From a virus: DNA of 64,000 nt. The stretch is taken from IMG/VR virus record IMGVR_UViG_3300031841_003468, positions 64,001 through 128,000 of that record, one strand, 5' to 3'. The notes under the pieces were generated by a model. The model was not told the DNA's origin. It saw only the letters and a list, made by a program, of their open reading frames with translations, and did no database searches. Below are positions 18,133 through 26,235 of this stretch, in pieces. How positions within the stretch are numbered: the stretch's first letter is position 1; the number at the start of each line of letters is the position of its first letter. The position numbers were made by a program, and so were the translations under genes.

Positions 18133-18354
18133 TTATTCCCCTTTTGTACCGTACTTTTCAAAGTACCGTCGAGTGGCATCGACCTTAGATTGTGGAACTA
18201 GTTCCACGGCTACAACTTCCCAATGCACTTTAGAGTTGTACTTGTACATTGTTTCGCCGTGCTCATTCTGGATCAGGCGATCAGCACTGACCATTCTGAA
18301 ATTCCATTCTTGACCGTTTCGTGGGTGAACTGCTTTTACGTCGTATTGTTTCAT
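18133..18354 (-). CDS. hypothetical protein
   Basis: AAAGGA RBS, own promoter. Confidence 0.7.
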   Translation of the reverse strand: MKQYDVKAVHPRNGQEWNFRMVSADRLIQNEHGETMYKYNSKVHWEVVAVELVPQSKVDATRRYFEKYGTKGE

Positions 18355-18422
18355 CTTGATTTCCTTTTGTGTTGTGTTGTCTTGTATACCTATATTTTAA
18401 CATAGCTTCAGCCAATGTCAAA

Positions 18423-18659
18423 TTATTTTTTGCACTTTTCAGGATTTACTTTGACAACGTCTGACACTCTTGTCAAAACGTGTCGGCAAACTCCGCACAA
18501 GTAGCAGGTGTATTGAATCAATCCGCTTTTACCTACGGTTAGATCAGACACGTCAACCGAGCGGCTTACAATGACCCAGCCATCACCACGTGCTGCCCTG
18601 TGAGTTAGGCGAATCGTTTCTTGGCCTTCGATGGCTTGTTTGAATGCTTCTAGTTTCAT
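18423..18659 (-). CDS. hypothetical protein
   Basis: GAGGA RBS; CYLCGVC. Confidence 0.7.
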   Translation of the reverse strand: MKLEAFKQAIEGQETIRLTHRAARGDGWVIVSRSVDVSDLTVGKSGLIQYTCYLCGVCRHVLTRVSDVVKVNPEKCKK

Positions 18660-18721
18660 CTTATTTCCTCTTGTGTTGTGTTGTTTTGTATGTCTATATT
18701 ATACCATAGGGGTGTGACACA

Positions 18722-18934
18722 TTAGGTCACTGGAACGTACTTTCCTACAATTTTTTTCCACTTTTTCATAACATAATCGTAGCTACCCTGAGCTTCGACG
18801 GTTCCCATAGATGAGCCGGTTGAGCCTACCCAAGTGGTTATGGCGTACTTACCCAAGCGATTGCATCGCACTAGGTGACGTGTTCCAGTTGGGGTTTCCT
18901 TAGTCATTCTGATTTCGTATGCGACGTATGCCAT
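18722..18934 (-). CDS. hypothetical protein
   Basis: AAAGGA RBS, promoter 18972-18999. Confidence 0.7.
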   Translation of the reverse strand: MAYVAYEIRMTKETPTGTRHLVRCNRLGKYAITTWVGSTGSSMGTVEAQGSYDYVMKKWKKIVGKYVPVT

Positions 18935-19123
18935 TTTGTTTTTCCTTTGTGTTGTTTCCTCTTATGTCTATATTATATACATCGGCATTCAAAAGTCAAT
19001 AACTTTAATCGTTTTTTTATTTTTTCAGGGCCGGTTGAGCCTATAAAAATAGGGATTTGAGGGCAAAAGAAAGTTTTTTTTATTTTATAGTGGACACCTA
19101 GCATTTGCGTCATAGTATTTTTC

Positions 19124-19156
19124 CCCCACCTCTGGGGGGTGAGGGTGCCGGGCCCT
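19124..19156 (+). repeat. 52-bp element, copy 8 (right box lost)
   Basis: CCCCAC CTCT GGGGGG TGAGGG TGCCGG GCCCT. Confidence 0.9.
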
Positions 19157-19233
19157 TTTAACCCATAAGTCAATAGATATATATAAAAACGGTCAGATTT
19201 CCGCTATTAATTTTTGAGAGGGTTTAGCCCGAT

Positions 19234-19446
19234 TCAGTCGGCTTGGACATGCCTAAGGTCTGAGAACATTCTAATCATGTCTACCCATTTGTTTCGGTCG
19301 TAGTCAGTTAGATTTATTTGATATGCTTCAGCACCTCTGTTGGCTGCTTTGTGAAAGCCTGCTTCTGTTGTGCATCCACGGCTATCACTCCAACGGATAG
19401 CATACTCCAAAGCCCAGTTCAATATTGTTTGTTCTCTACTTACCAT
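19234..19446 (-). CDS. hypothetical protein
   Basis: GGAG RBS, TAATG coupling. Confidence 0.65.
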   Translation of the reverse strand: MVSREQTILNWALEYAIRWSDSRGCTTEAGFHKAANRGAEAYQINLTDYDRNKWVDMIRMFSDLRHVQAD

Positions 19447-19676
19447 TATACTAACTCCATGTTGTATTCGTGTTGTGCTGCTGCCAGTTCTTTAGTGTTG
19501 AATACTGGTATTCCATCAATGCATAGTTCATAATGTTCACAGTGGTTATTGCCTACCAACTCGATCAGTCGGCCTTCTACTTCTGCTGATTGAATAATAA
19601 AGAAATCCATTCTTACTTCCCTTTGAATGTAGCTAATACGTTTGTTAACTCTGTACCTATGAATCGCCTTGCCCAA
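19446..19676 (-). CDS. hypothetical protein (start uncertain)
   Basis: ORF; internal ATG (MDFFII) with AGGGA RBS is the likelier start. Confidence 0.5.
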   Translation of the reverse strand: MGKAIHRYRVNKRISYIQREVRMDFFIIQSAEVEGRLIELVGNNHCEHYELCIDGIPVFNTKELAAAQHEYNMELV

Positions 19677-19772
19677 CGTGCTTGCCTATAGTGTGCATAC
19701 CATTGACCCTGCTTAGTGTTTGGGTTTCGTCGTCGTCGTTTGTTTCCGTCTATCTGTCTCATAGCTTACTCC

Positions 19773-20030
19773 CTAGCTGATTGACTGCCATTTACAGTTG
19801 CACTCGTTGCATACTGTTGTAGTTGTTCGGCTGTACTTGCCAACCTTAGTAACTACCGTGTCATACTTGCGACGTGTCTCTTGTCGTTCCTTGCGGATCA
19901 AGCCAATGCCGTTTGGGTTTGGCTCATTGTAGATAATGGTTGCTTGATACTCAGTTCCACAGTTGTTGATGTGGTTAGTGTATTCTGCTGGTTCAGTTGT
20001 CCATCCGTTCATTGTTCCGAGATTCTTCAT
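19773..20030 (-). CDS. hypothetical protein
   Basis: AAAGGA RBS before ATG 20030; C-terminal CNECNC. Confidence 0.7.
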   Translation of the reverse strand: MKNLGTMNGWTTEPAEYTNHINNCGTEYQATIIYNEPNPNGIGLIRKERQETRRKYDTVVTKVGKYSRTTTTVCNECNCKWQSIS

Positions 20031-20099
20031 TTTCTTTTCCTTTGTGTTGTTGTCTCTTGTTACTCTTATTATAGACATGCCGACTGATAAGTCAAGAGA

Positions 20100-20291
20100 T
20101 TATTTTACATTTTTTTTGATCCACTCGTTATCATGGTCAACTGATCTTTGATAGTGGTCAATCATCTCTTGCAACTTTTCAACAGTGTAGTAGTCATCGG
20201 TTTGCATGTTACTCAATCGCTTTTGGAAGTAGTCACGCTGGCTAAGGTTCTGTTGGTGTAAGACGTATAGTGCTGATTCTTGATATTTCAT
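20100..20291 (-). CDS. hypothetical protein
   Basis: AAAGGA RBS, promoter 20319-20347. Confidence 0.7.
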   Translation of the reverse strand: MKYQESALYVLHQQNLSQRDYFQKRLSNMQTDDYYTVEKLQEMIDHYQRSVDHDNEWIKKNVK

Positions 20292-20356
20292 TTTCTTTTC
20301 CTTTTCTCTTATGCCCTTATTATATTATATATATCGGCCATTGTCAAGAGAATTCT

Positions 20357-20527
20357 TTAACCATTTATGATTTTTTTTAGAATATCTTTTCTATCCCATA
20401 ACAACTGTAATTCGTTGTAGATACAGTTTTTATTCCACTGTCCTAATTCGTTAGCGTGTTCGACAATCTTCTTTTCGATTTGTCGGTCAGTCTTGAACAG
20501 TTCTAGTTTGGCTTCGTTCTTAGTCAT
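20357..20527 (-). CDS. hypothetical protein (56 aa, paralog of 16682..16876)
   Basis: manually translated MTKNEAKLELFKTDRQIEKKIVEHAN...; AAAGGA RBS. Confidence 0.7.
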   Translation of the reverse strand: MTKNEAKLELFKTDRQIEKKIVEHANELGQWNKNCIYNELQLLWDRKDILKKIING

Positions 20528-20636
20528 GTTGACTTCCTTTAATTCATTAATTGTTATACTCTAAGTATATACTATATATCGTCAAATGTCAATAGCTACA
20601 TGAGATAATTCTGAGAAAAAACCAAAGTATTTTTTA

Positions 20637-20670
20637 CCCCCCTAGTGGGTGGTGAGGCCGCCGGGCCCTT
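20637..20670 (+). repeat. 52-bp element, copy 9 (right box lost)
   Basis: CCCCCC TAGT GGGTGG TGAGGC CGCCGG GCCCTT. Confidence 0.85.
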
Positions 20671-21031
20671 CTTTCCCTTTAGTTTAATTAAGTTAAATGA
20701 CCAATAATTGTTTAGAGGTCATTGGCACATTTCTGCACCAACTAAACCAATAATAACTGCACTAATGATAAGAGTAGTAATCAACATATCTAATTCTCCT
20801 AAAGGTTAACTTGTCTCTGATATTATATATATCGACAAACTAGCAGATAGACATTAGATAATTCTTAGATTATTCTTAGATAGTTGTCACTAGTAGATGG
20901 ACACTTGAATATGTGCCTATAGGTGGGTGGGGTTTTTTGTTCATTTAGACAGCCCCCTCTGTTGGGGGGAAAGTGTAATGGGGTACATTCGCAATGAGCT
21001 CACACAATTCTATATGTATAAGCTAAACCTT

Positions 21032-21502
21032 CTAGCCTCTGTATGGACTTCCCAGATACTCTAACTGGCGTGGCTCTGATAGTAACTCCATTCCTGCTTC
21101 TTCTGGAGTTCTGTTAGCCTTCTTCTGATTACACTTGAAACAGCTTGTCACTATGTTCTGCCATGTCCGTTCACCGCCCTTACTCTTAGGATGAACATGA
21201 TCCATGGTTAACTCACTGCTAACAAAGGTCTTTCCGCAATACTGACAGGTGTTATTGTCACGCTCTATTATATTCTTTCTAGACGGGGTGACTCTTGGGC
21301 GGTTCTTTACGAATGTTTTAAGACAGAGGACTTTAGGAACCTCATATTTATTGCCATTACCATCTCTGACAGTGATACCCTCATGATATTCGATAGGCAT
21401 AGCAGCTTCTTTCATTAAAAGCAACATTCCTTGCTTCCATGAAACCTTGGCCATGACTGTCCAATCGAGATTAAGTATAATGGTCTTCTTTTCTGCTATC
21501 AT
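21032..21502 (-). CDS. HNH endonuclease (McrA-like)
   Basis: RDNNTCQYCG...TMDHVHPKSKGG..TWQNIVTSCFKCNQKK.NRTPEEAGM. Confidence 0.92.
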   Translation of the reverse strand: MIAEKKTIILNLDWTVMAKVSWKQGMLLLMKEAAMPIEYHEGITVRDGNGNKYEVPKVLCLKTFVKNRPRVTPSRKNIIERDNNTCQYCGKTFVSSELTMDHVHPKSKGGERTWQNIVTSCFKCNQKKANRTPEEAGMELLSEPRQLEYLGSPYRG

Positions 21503-22413
21503 TGATAGATCTGTCCAGTGTTAACGGTGTCAATTACCTCGGAAGGTATCCTCTCATTCATATTATTGTATCTGTAGTGTATTTTTGCATACATAAATTC
21601 TGCAACTGCTTTAGGACTAAGAACTTCATCGTATCTTGCAACTATATAGTCGCTTAGACCTTGTAATCTCTCAGGTGGTAGCTCCATGTATGCTTTTATA
21701 ATCCAAGGGAGTGCATACCATGATTTTAGAGTAACAAAACAGTCTGATAATGCTTGGTAGTACCATGTTTTAGGTAGGACAGGGGTAATAACTACTGAAC
21801 CAACACTCATTGACTCGAAAAACCTAAAAGTCTCCATAGACATTGCTCCACCGGGACATAGAGAGATCTTTGTATCTGCCATGAGCTCTGAATACTCATT
21901 TGCATTGAGACCCATACCGAATCCTTCAGTAAAATTAATGAATCCATTATAATCATCTAGGAACGGCCACTTCTCATCGCCAACCATGTTATTTACTATA
22001 TATCTGAAATAGTTCCTAGTGCCCGTATTCTCGTCACACTGCCCCGAGAAGGAATAATCGTACTTTCTCTCACTCATAGGCTTAACGTGCGTTAGGAACT
22101 CGCTGGTAGGCCCTAGAGGGAATGTTTCAACATTGGGAGACTCTAATATATATCCCCATCGGTCTAACATCATGTAATGTTGGAATATATACAGAATTTG
22201 AGGGTTCAATACCTCAGGAGGGACTGCATGACCTTCATCAGATAGATTTAAGAGTATAATCTTCTTACCGGGAACACTAGGTAATTGTTGAGCAGCATAC
22301 TTTACTACCAATACAATATCTCCATCAAGCATACGGGATAATTCCTCAGTAATGCTTTTCAGATAAACCCTTTCTTTTGCTATCTCATCAATGAGACTAA
22401 TAGTTTCGATCAT
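21499..22413 (-). CDS. exostosin/GT47-like glycosyltransferase
   Basis: YS.LMADTKISLCPGG...ETFRFFESM..GSV motif. Confidence 0.7.
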   Translation of the reverse strand: MIETISLIDEIAKERVYLKSITEELSRMLDGDIVLVVKYAAQQLPSVPGKKIILLNLSDEGHAVPPEVLNPQILYIFQHYMMLDRWGYILESPNVETFPLGPTSEFLTHVKPMSERKYDYSFSGQCDENTGTRNYFRYIVNNMVGDEKWPFLDDYNGFINFTEGFGMGLNANEYSELMADTKISLCPGGAMSMETFRFFESMSVGSVVITPVLPKTWYYQALSDCFVTLKSWYALPWIIKAYMELPPERLQGLSDYIVARYDEVLSPKAVAEFMYAKIHYRYNNMNERIPSEVIDTVNTGQIYQ

Positions 22414-22457
22414 TTCAATTTTGCTCCTGAAAAATATCTTAGTGTGTCCTACCTAAA

Positions 22458-22697
22458 CTATCTACGCTTCTTCTCTTTATGGCGTTTAGATGCTTTGTAG
22501 TCGATTGTATTGTCTGGTCTTTTAATAACACAGTTAGTTCTACGTAGTCGTCTGATCATAGCAGAAGTAACTTTCCTCTTATCGCCGTTCTCATATCTAA
22601 TCCTAGTCAATTCATCAGCAATGCGGCCATCAGTCCAGATTTCTGCCAATTCTAAGGCAAATTCTCTCTCACTTTCGCTCATACTAGGTTTCGGCAT
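22458..22697 (-). CDS. small putative HTH DNA-binding protein
   Basis: WTDGRIADEL...VTSAMIRRLRR. Confidence 0.55.
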   Translation of the reverse strand: MPKPSMSESEREFALELAEIWTDGRIADELTRIRYENGDKRKVTSAMIRRLRRTNCVIKRPDNTIDYKASKRHKEKKRR

Positions 22698-22799
22698 AAG
22701 TTTTTCCTAAAAAATGTAAAATTTATTGTGTTTTTTCTTTTCTCCCCGTGTATAATAATTATAACGGCAACTTTTTTATTTAGCACAAAGTTTATCTTA

Positions 22800-23021
22800 A
22801 TGTCAGAAAATATTCGCAAAAATTTACTGGAATCCGAACTCGTGGCGAGGGGAACTGCAGAGTTAGAAGAAGACGTGCGTAAAGCTTTAGCAATGGAAGC
22901 TGGTTTATCACCAGAAGAAGTAGACGCACTATTTGAGTCCGGTATGCCTTTCGGTACAACAGCACACACGGTTTGCGACCCAGAAGAAAGCAAACCCACC
23001 AAGGATGAAATTACCGACTAA
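22800..23021 (+). CDS. hypothetical protein
   Basis: ATG 22800 downstream of GTGTATAAT at 22748. Confidence 0.5.
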   Translation: MSENIRKNLLESELVARGTAELEEDVRKALAMEAGLSPEEVDALFESGMPFGTTAHTVCDPEESKPTKDEITD

Positions 23022-23520
23022 CATGACTGAGGCAGAGGTCGTCCAAACGATTTTGGAAGTGACCAAGAGATTGTCCTCCAGTTTTACATTTGCATACTTC
23101 GACAAAGAAGATATAGAACAAGAAGCCTTCTTAATGGGAATGGAAGCTCTCGATAGATACGATGAAGCTCGCCCTCTTGAAAACTTTCTATTCATACACA
23201 TCAAGAATCGCCTTAAGAACTTTAAGCGTGATAAGTACTATCGCTACGATGAAGGCAAAGCTCAGAAAATACAACAAAACAAGAAGAACTTGTTAGACCC
23301 TCTCAATATTGACGTACTCCCTCTTTCTTATCGTGACAATAAAGACGAAGAGCGTGACATTGAAGAGATATACAATATAATAGATAGAAATTTACCCAAC
23401 ACCATGAGAAACGATTATCTTCGCATCAAATCCGGTGTTCAAGTTAACAAGAATAAAAGAATTGAAGTAATCGAAGAAATACAAAGAATACTGGAGGAGG
23501 TATTAAATGAAGAAGGGTAG
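23005..23520 (+). CDS. phage sigma70-family sigma factor (probable late sigma)
   Basis: EDIEQEAFLMGMEALDRYD..RPLENFLFIHIKNRLKNFKR = sigma region 2 pattern. Confidence 0.8.
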   Translation: MKLPTNMTEAEVVQTILEVTKRLSSSFTFAYFDKEDIEQEAFLMGMEALDRYDEARPLENFLFIHIKNRLKNFKRDKYYRYDEGKAQKIQQNKKNLLDPLNIDVLPLSYRDNKDEERDIEEIYNIIDRNLPNTMRNDYLRIKSGVQVNKNKRIEVIEEIQRILEEVLNEEG

Positions 23521-24349
23521 GCTTTCCAAAGACGAACAAAGATTTATCTCTGAGAATTCAGAGTCTCTTTCTGTGGAGCAAATTGCATCTGAGCTCGATA
23601 GAGATCCTAAAAGCATCGCCAAGTGGATAATGGATCATATTGGAGTCAGTCAGGCTGACAAGGATGAATTAGAATCATTAACGGGTCTTCGTGATAAAGC
23701 ATATTATCGTGAGCTTAAAAAGCAATTTACAGAGAGCGAACTTGAAATGTTTGAGTTTCACTTCAAGAAAATGTGGTCACAGTTTAAGGACGACGTATTC
23801 CACACAGAAGAAATTCAAATCATCGACACGATTAAACTCGAAATCTTAATGAATAGAATTCTTGTTAGTCAAGCTGAGAATCAAAAAGCTATAGAAGGTA
23901 CAAGCATGTTGATTCAAGTCGAGAAACAAAAAGATAAAGAAGATAGAGACAGAGACTATATAATCAACCTCGAACGGCAACTAGCGGTTCTAAGAGGAGC
24001 TAATGAAACATTAAGTAAGGATTATAAGGATCTACAGACAAAGAAAACAGCGAATCTAAAGGAACTAAAAGGTACTCGTGAACAAAGAATCAAGTCGATT
24101 GAAGACTCGAAACAATCCTTTGCAGCATTCGTCAAAAAGCTCGTAAAAGATCCTGAGCACAGGAAGCATTTGGGTCTAGAAATGGAAAAGATGCGACTCG
24201 CTACCGAAAGAGAAAGAGATCGCTTAGGTGAGATTTTCAAATACGAAGACAAGGGCATAGATCGTCCATTCCTGACAGCCGATACTGTTAGCGGGACACC
24301 AAAAGAACGAGCAGAAGCCGAAAAAGAGGAAAAAGAAAACAATGAGTAA
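23507..24349 (+). CDS. HTH + coiled-coil protein, possible terminase small subunit
   Basis: N-terminal SVEQIASELDRDPKSIAKW HTH; position upstream of TerL. Confidence 0.45.
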   Translation: MKKGRLSKDEQRFISENSESLSVEQIASELDRDPKSIAKWIMDHIGVSQADKDELESLTGLRDKAYYRELKKQFTESELEMFEFHFKKMWSQFKDDVFHTEEIQIIDTIKLEILMNRILVSQAENQKAIEGTSMLIQVEKQKDKEDRDRDYIINLERQLAVLRGANETLSKDYKDLQTKKTANLKELKGTREQRIKSIEDSKQSFAAFVKKLVKDPEHRKHLGLEMEKMRLATERERDRLGEIFKYEDKGIDRPFLTADTVSGTPKERAEAEKEEKENNE

Positions 24350-25397
24350 AAAAGCTTTAATAACTGGACTTAGTGGACAAGATGGATCTTACCTAGCAGA
24401 ATTACTATTAGCAAAAGGTTACGAAGTTGCTGGGGTTGTACGACGAGTAAGTGTACCCACAACTAATCGTGTTAACCATCTGCTAAAAGACTTACGCATT
24501 ATAGAGGGCGACGTTTGCGACCCGTTTTGCGTAAATGAGGCTATAAACGATTTTAAACCAGATGAAGTATATAACCTCGCTGCACAGTCACATGTTGGCA
24601 CAAGCTTTAAACAACCTACTGTAACTTGGAATATTGATGCTCAAGGAGTTTTAAATTTCTTAGAAGCCATCAGACTTTCAGGACGACCCGAAGAGATTAA
24701 ATTCTATCAGGCTAGTACGAGCGAAATGTTCGGCAGTAATATGGACGAAGACGAAGACGGTCATTATCAAGACGAGAACACTCTCTTTCATCCCGAATCT
24801 CCATACGCCATTGCAAAGGTCGCAGCACACCAAGCTGTAGGACTTTACCGCAGAGCTTATGGTATTCATGGGAGTTGTGGTATTTTATTTAATCACGAGT
24901 CTGAAAGACGTGGAGAAAATTTTGTAACTCGAAAGATTACTAAATGGATTGGAGAATACTGGAACTGGTTAACAACAGATATTGAACCCGGTATTCCTAT
25001 GGAATTTGATGTAGACAACATTATCGACCCAAATGGTAACAAGTTTCCAAAATTGCGACTAGGCAACCTAGATGCTTATCGTGATTGGGGACATGCAGAA
25101 GATTATGTAAAAGCCATGTGGTTGATGCTGCAACAAGACGAAGGTGACGACTATGTTGTCTCTACAGGTGAAACCCATAGCATAAGAGACTTCCTTGATA
25201 TCGCATTTCCTAAGATAGGAGTCGAAGATTGGAGTAACTATGTTGTGGTAGATCCTAAGTTCTTTAGACCCTCAGAAGTTCCTTATCTACGTGGAAAATC
25301 AGATAAAGCGAAACAAAAATTGAATTGGGAACCTGAAGTCAAATTTAGCGAACTAGTTCATAGAATGGTACATTCTGACAAAGAGAATTGTAAATAA
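24342..25397 (+). CDS. gmd: GDP-mannose 4,6-dehydratase
   Basis: ALITGLSGQDGSYLAELLL, YNLAAQSHV..SF, YQASTSEMFG, SPYAIAK, GILFNHES.RRGENFVTRKIT, RDWGHA.DYV. Confidence 0.97.
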   Translation: MSKKALITGLSGQDGSYLAELLLAKGYEVAGVVRRVSVPTTNRVNHLLKDLRIIEGDVCDPFCVNEAINDFKPDEVYNLAAQSHVGTSFKQPTVTWNIDAQGVLNFLEAIRLSGRPEEIKFYQASTSEMFGSNMDEDEDGHYQDENTLFHPESPYAIAKVAAHQAVGLYRRAYGIHGSCGILFNHESERRGENFVTRKITKWIGEYWNWLTTDIEPGIPMEFDVDNIIDPNGNKFPKLRLGNLDAYRDWGHAEDYVKAMWLMLQQDEGDDYVVSTGETHSIRDFLDIAFPKIGVEDWSNYVVVDPKFFRPSEVPYLRGKSDKAKQKLNWEPEVKFSELVHRMVHSDKENCK

Positions 25398-25690
25398 TGG
25401 GCAGAAATTTCAATGATCCTGTGTATAAACAGTGGAGAAAAGACGTTTTAACAAGAGATTGTTATAAGTGTCAGATGCCTAATTGTAAAAGGAAGGGCAA
25501 AAGAATGCAAGTTCACCACATACAAAAGTGGAGTTCTGCTTCTTACCTAAGATATGATGTTGATAACGGAATAACATTATGTTGGGATTGCCACAACTAT
25601 GAAGTGAATCAGTATGAGGAAGCTTATGTTGGCTTATTCATGGATATAGTTGCGGAGAACAAGAAACAACAGGAGAAAAGGCGAAGATAA
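25397..25690 (+). CDS. small HNH endonuclease (packaging-associated type)
   Basis: YKQWRKDVLTRD..CQ..C...VHHI....NGITLCWDCH. Confidence 0.88.
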   Translation: MGRNFNDPVYKQWRKDVLTRDCYKCQMPNCKRKGKRMQVHHIQKWSSASYLRYDVDNGITLCWDCHNYEVNQYEEAYVGLFMDIVAENKKQQEKRRR

Positions 25691-25737
25691 CTTATTGGGG
25701 TTCCATTTGTATTCTTGCTATCAAGAAAGGTTTACAG

Positions 25738-26235
25738 ATGTCAAAAAATATCCCAAACTACACAGTAATAAAGGATACTAGAGAGAAAGACGGATGGTTT
25801 TTCAAACCTTATGATAAATGTCAAGGCATGGAAGTCATGGGGTTGAAAACTGGCGACTATACTCTCAAAGGATACGAAGACGTAATTTGTATTGAAAGAA
25901 AAGCAAGTGCTGCGGAAATTGCCGCAAACTTAGGAAAGAAGAAACGACCATTTCAAGCAGAGATGGAACGTATGACTGAATTCCAACACTCTTTTCTTAT
26001 ACTAGAATTTTCAATGGACGACTTATTAAAGTTCCCTGAAGGCTCTGGTATTCCAAAGTGGCAGCAGAAAAATGTGCGTGTCAGTGGAAAGTACTTACTA
26101 AAGTGTTTACTAGAATTTCAACTATGGTATGATACTAAGGTGCTTTTCTGCGGAAGCAAATACAACGCCTTCTTGGTTACTAATAGTTTATTTAAACGTT
26201 TAAACGAGATGTTGTATAATGATGAAGAACACTAG
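25738..26235 (+). CDS. ERCC4-domain nuclease
   Basis: VIKDTRE...LKTGDY...IERKAS motifs. Confidence 0.85.
   Translation: MSKNIPNYTVIKDTREKDGWFFKPYDKCQGMEVMGLKTGDYTLKGYEDVICIERKASAAEIAANLGKKKRPFQAEMERMTEFQHSFLILEFSMDDLLKFPEGSGIPKWQQKNVRVSGKYLLKCLLEFQLWYDTKVLFCGSKYNAFLVTNSLFKRLNEMLYNDEEH

Larger units (their letters stand above)
23..20592 (-). promoter_or_regulatory. ~25 sigma70-like early promoters TTGACh-N16(17)-TATAAT, most with a GCCGAT/GTCGAT spacer motif
   Basis: e.g. 23-51, 2787-2815, 4817-4844, 5040-5067, 7218-7245, 8297-8325, 8629-8656, 10242-10269, 10474-10501, 11617-11644, 12001-12028, 13524-13551, 13737-13764, 14886-14913, 15429-15456, 16350-16377, 16903-16931, 17079-17106, 18099-18126, 18394-18421, 18972-18999, 20068-20095, 20319-20347, 20564-20592. 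Confidence 0.9.

Noticed and set aside
7279-20670. 52-bp elements as CRISPR repeats or rho-independent terminators
   Set aside because: kb-scale gene-containing spacers and no cas genes; the T-tract precedes rather than follows the hairpin, and true terminators occur separately next to copies 2 and 6
7279-20670. 52-bp elements as integron attC sites
   Set aside because: no RYYYAAC/GTTRRRY ends, modules are multi-gene with their own promoters, no IntI in window
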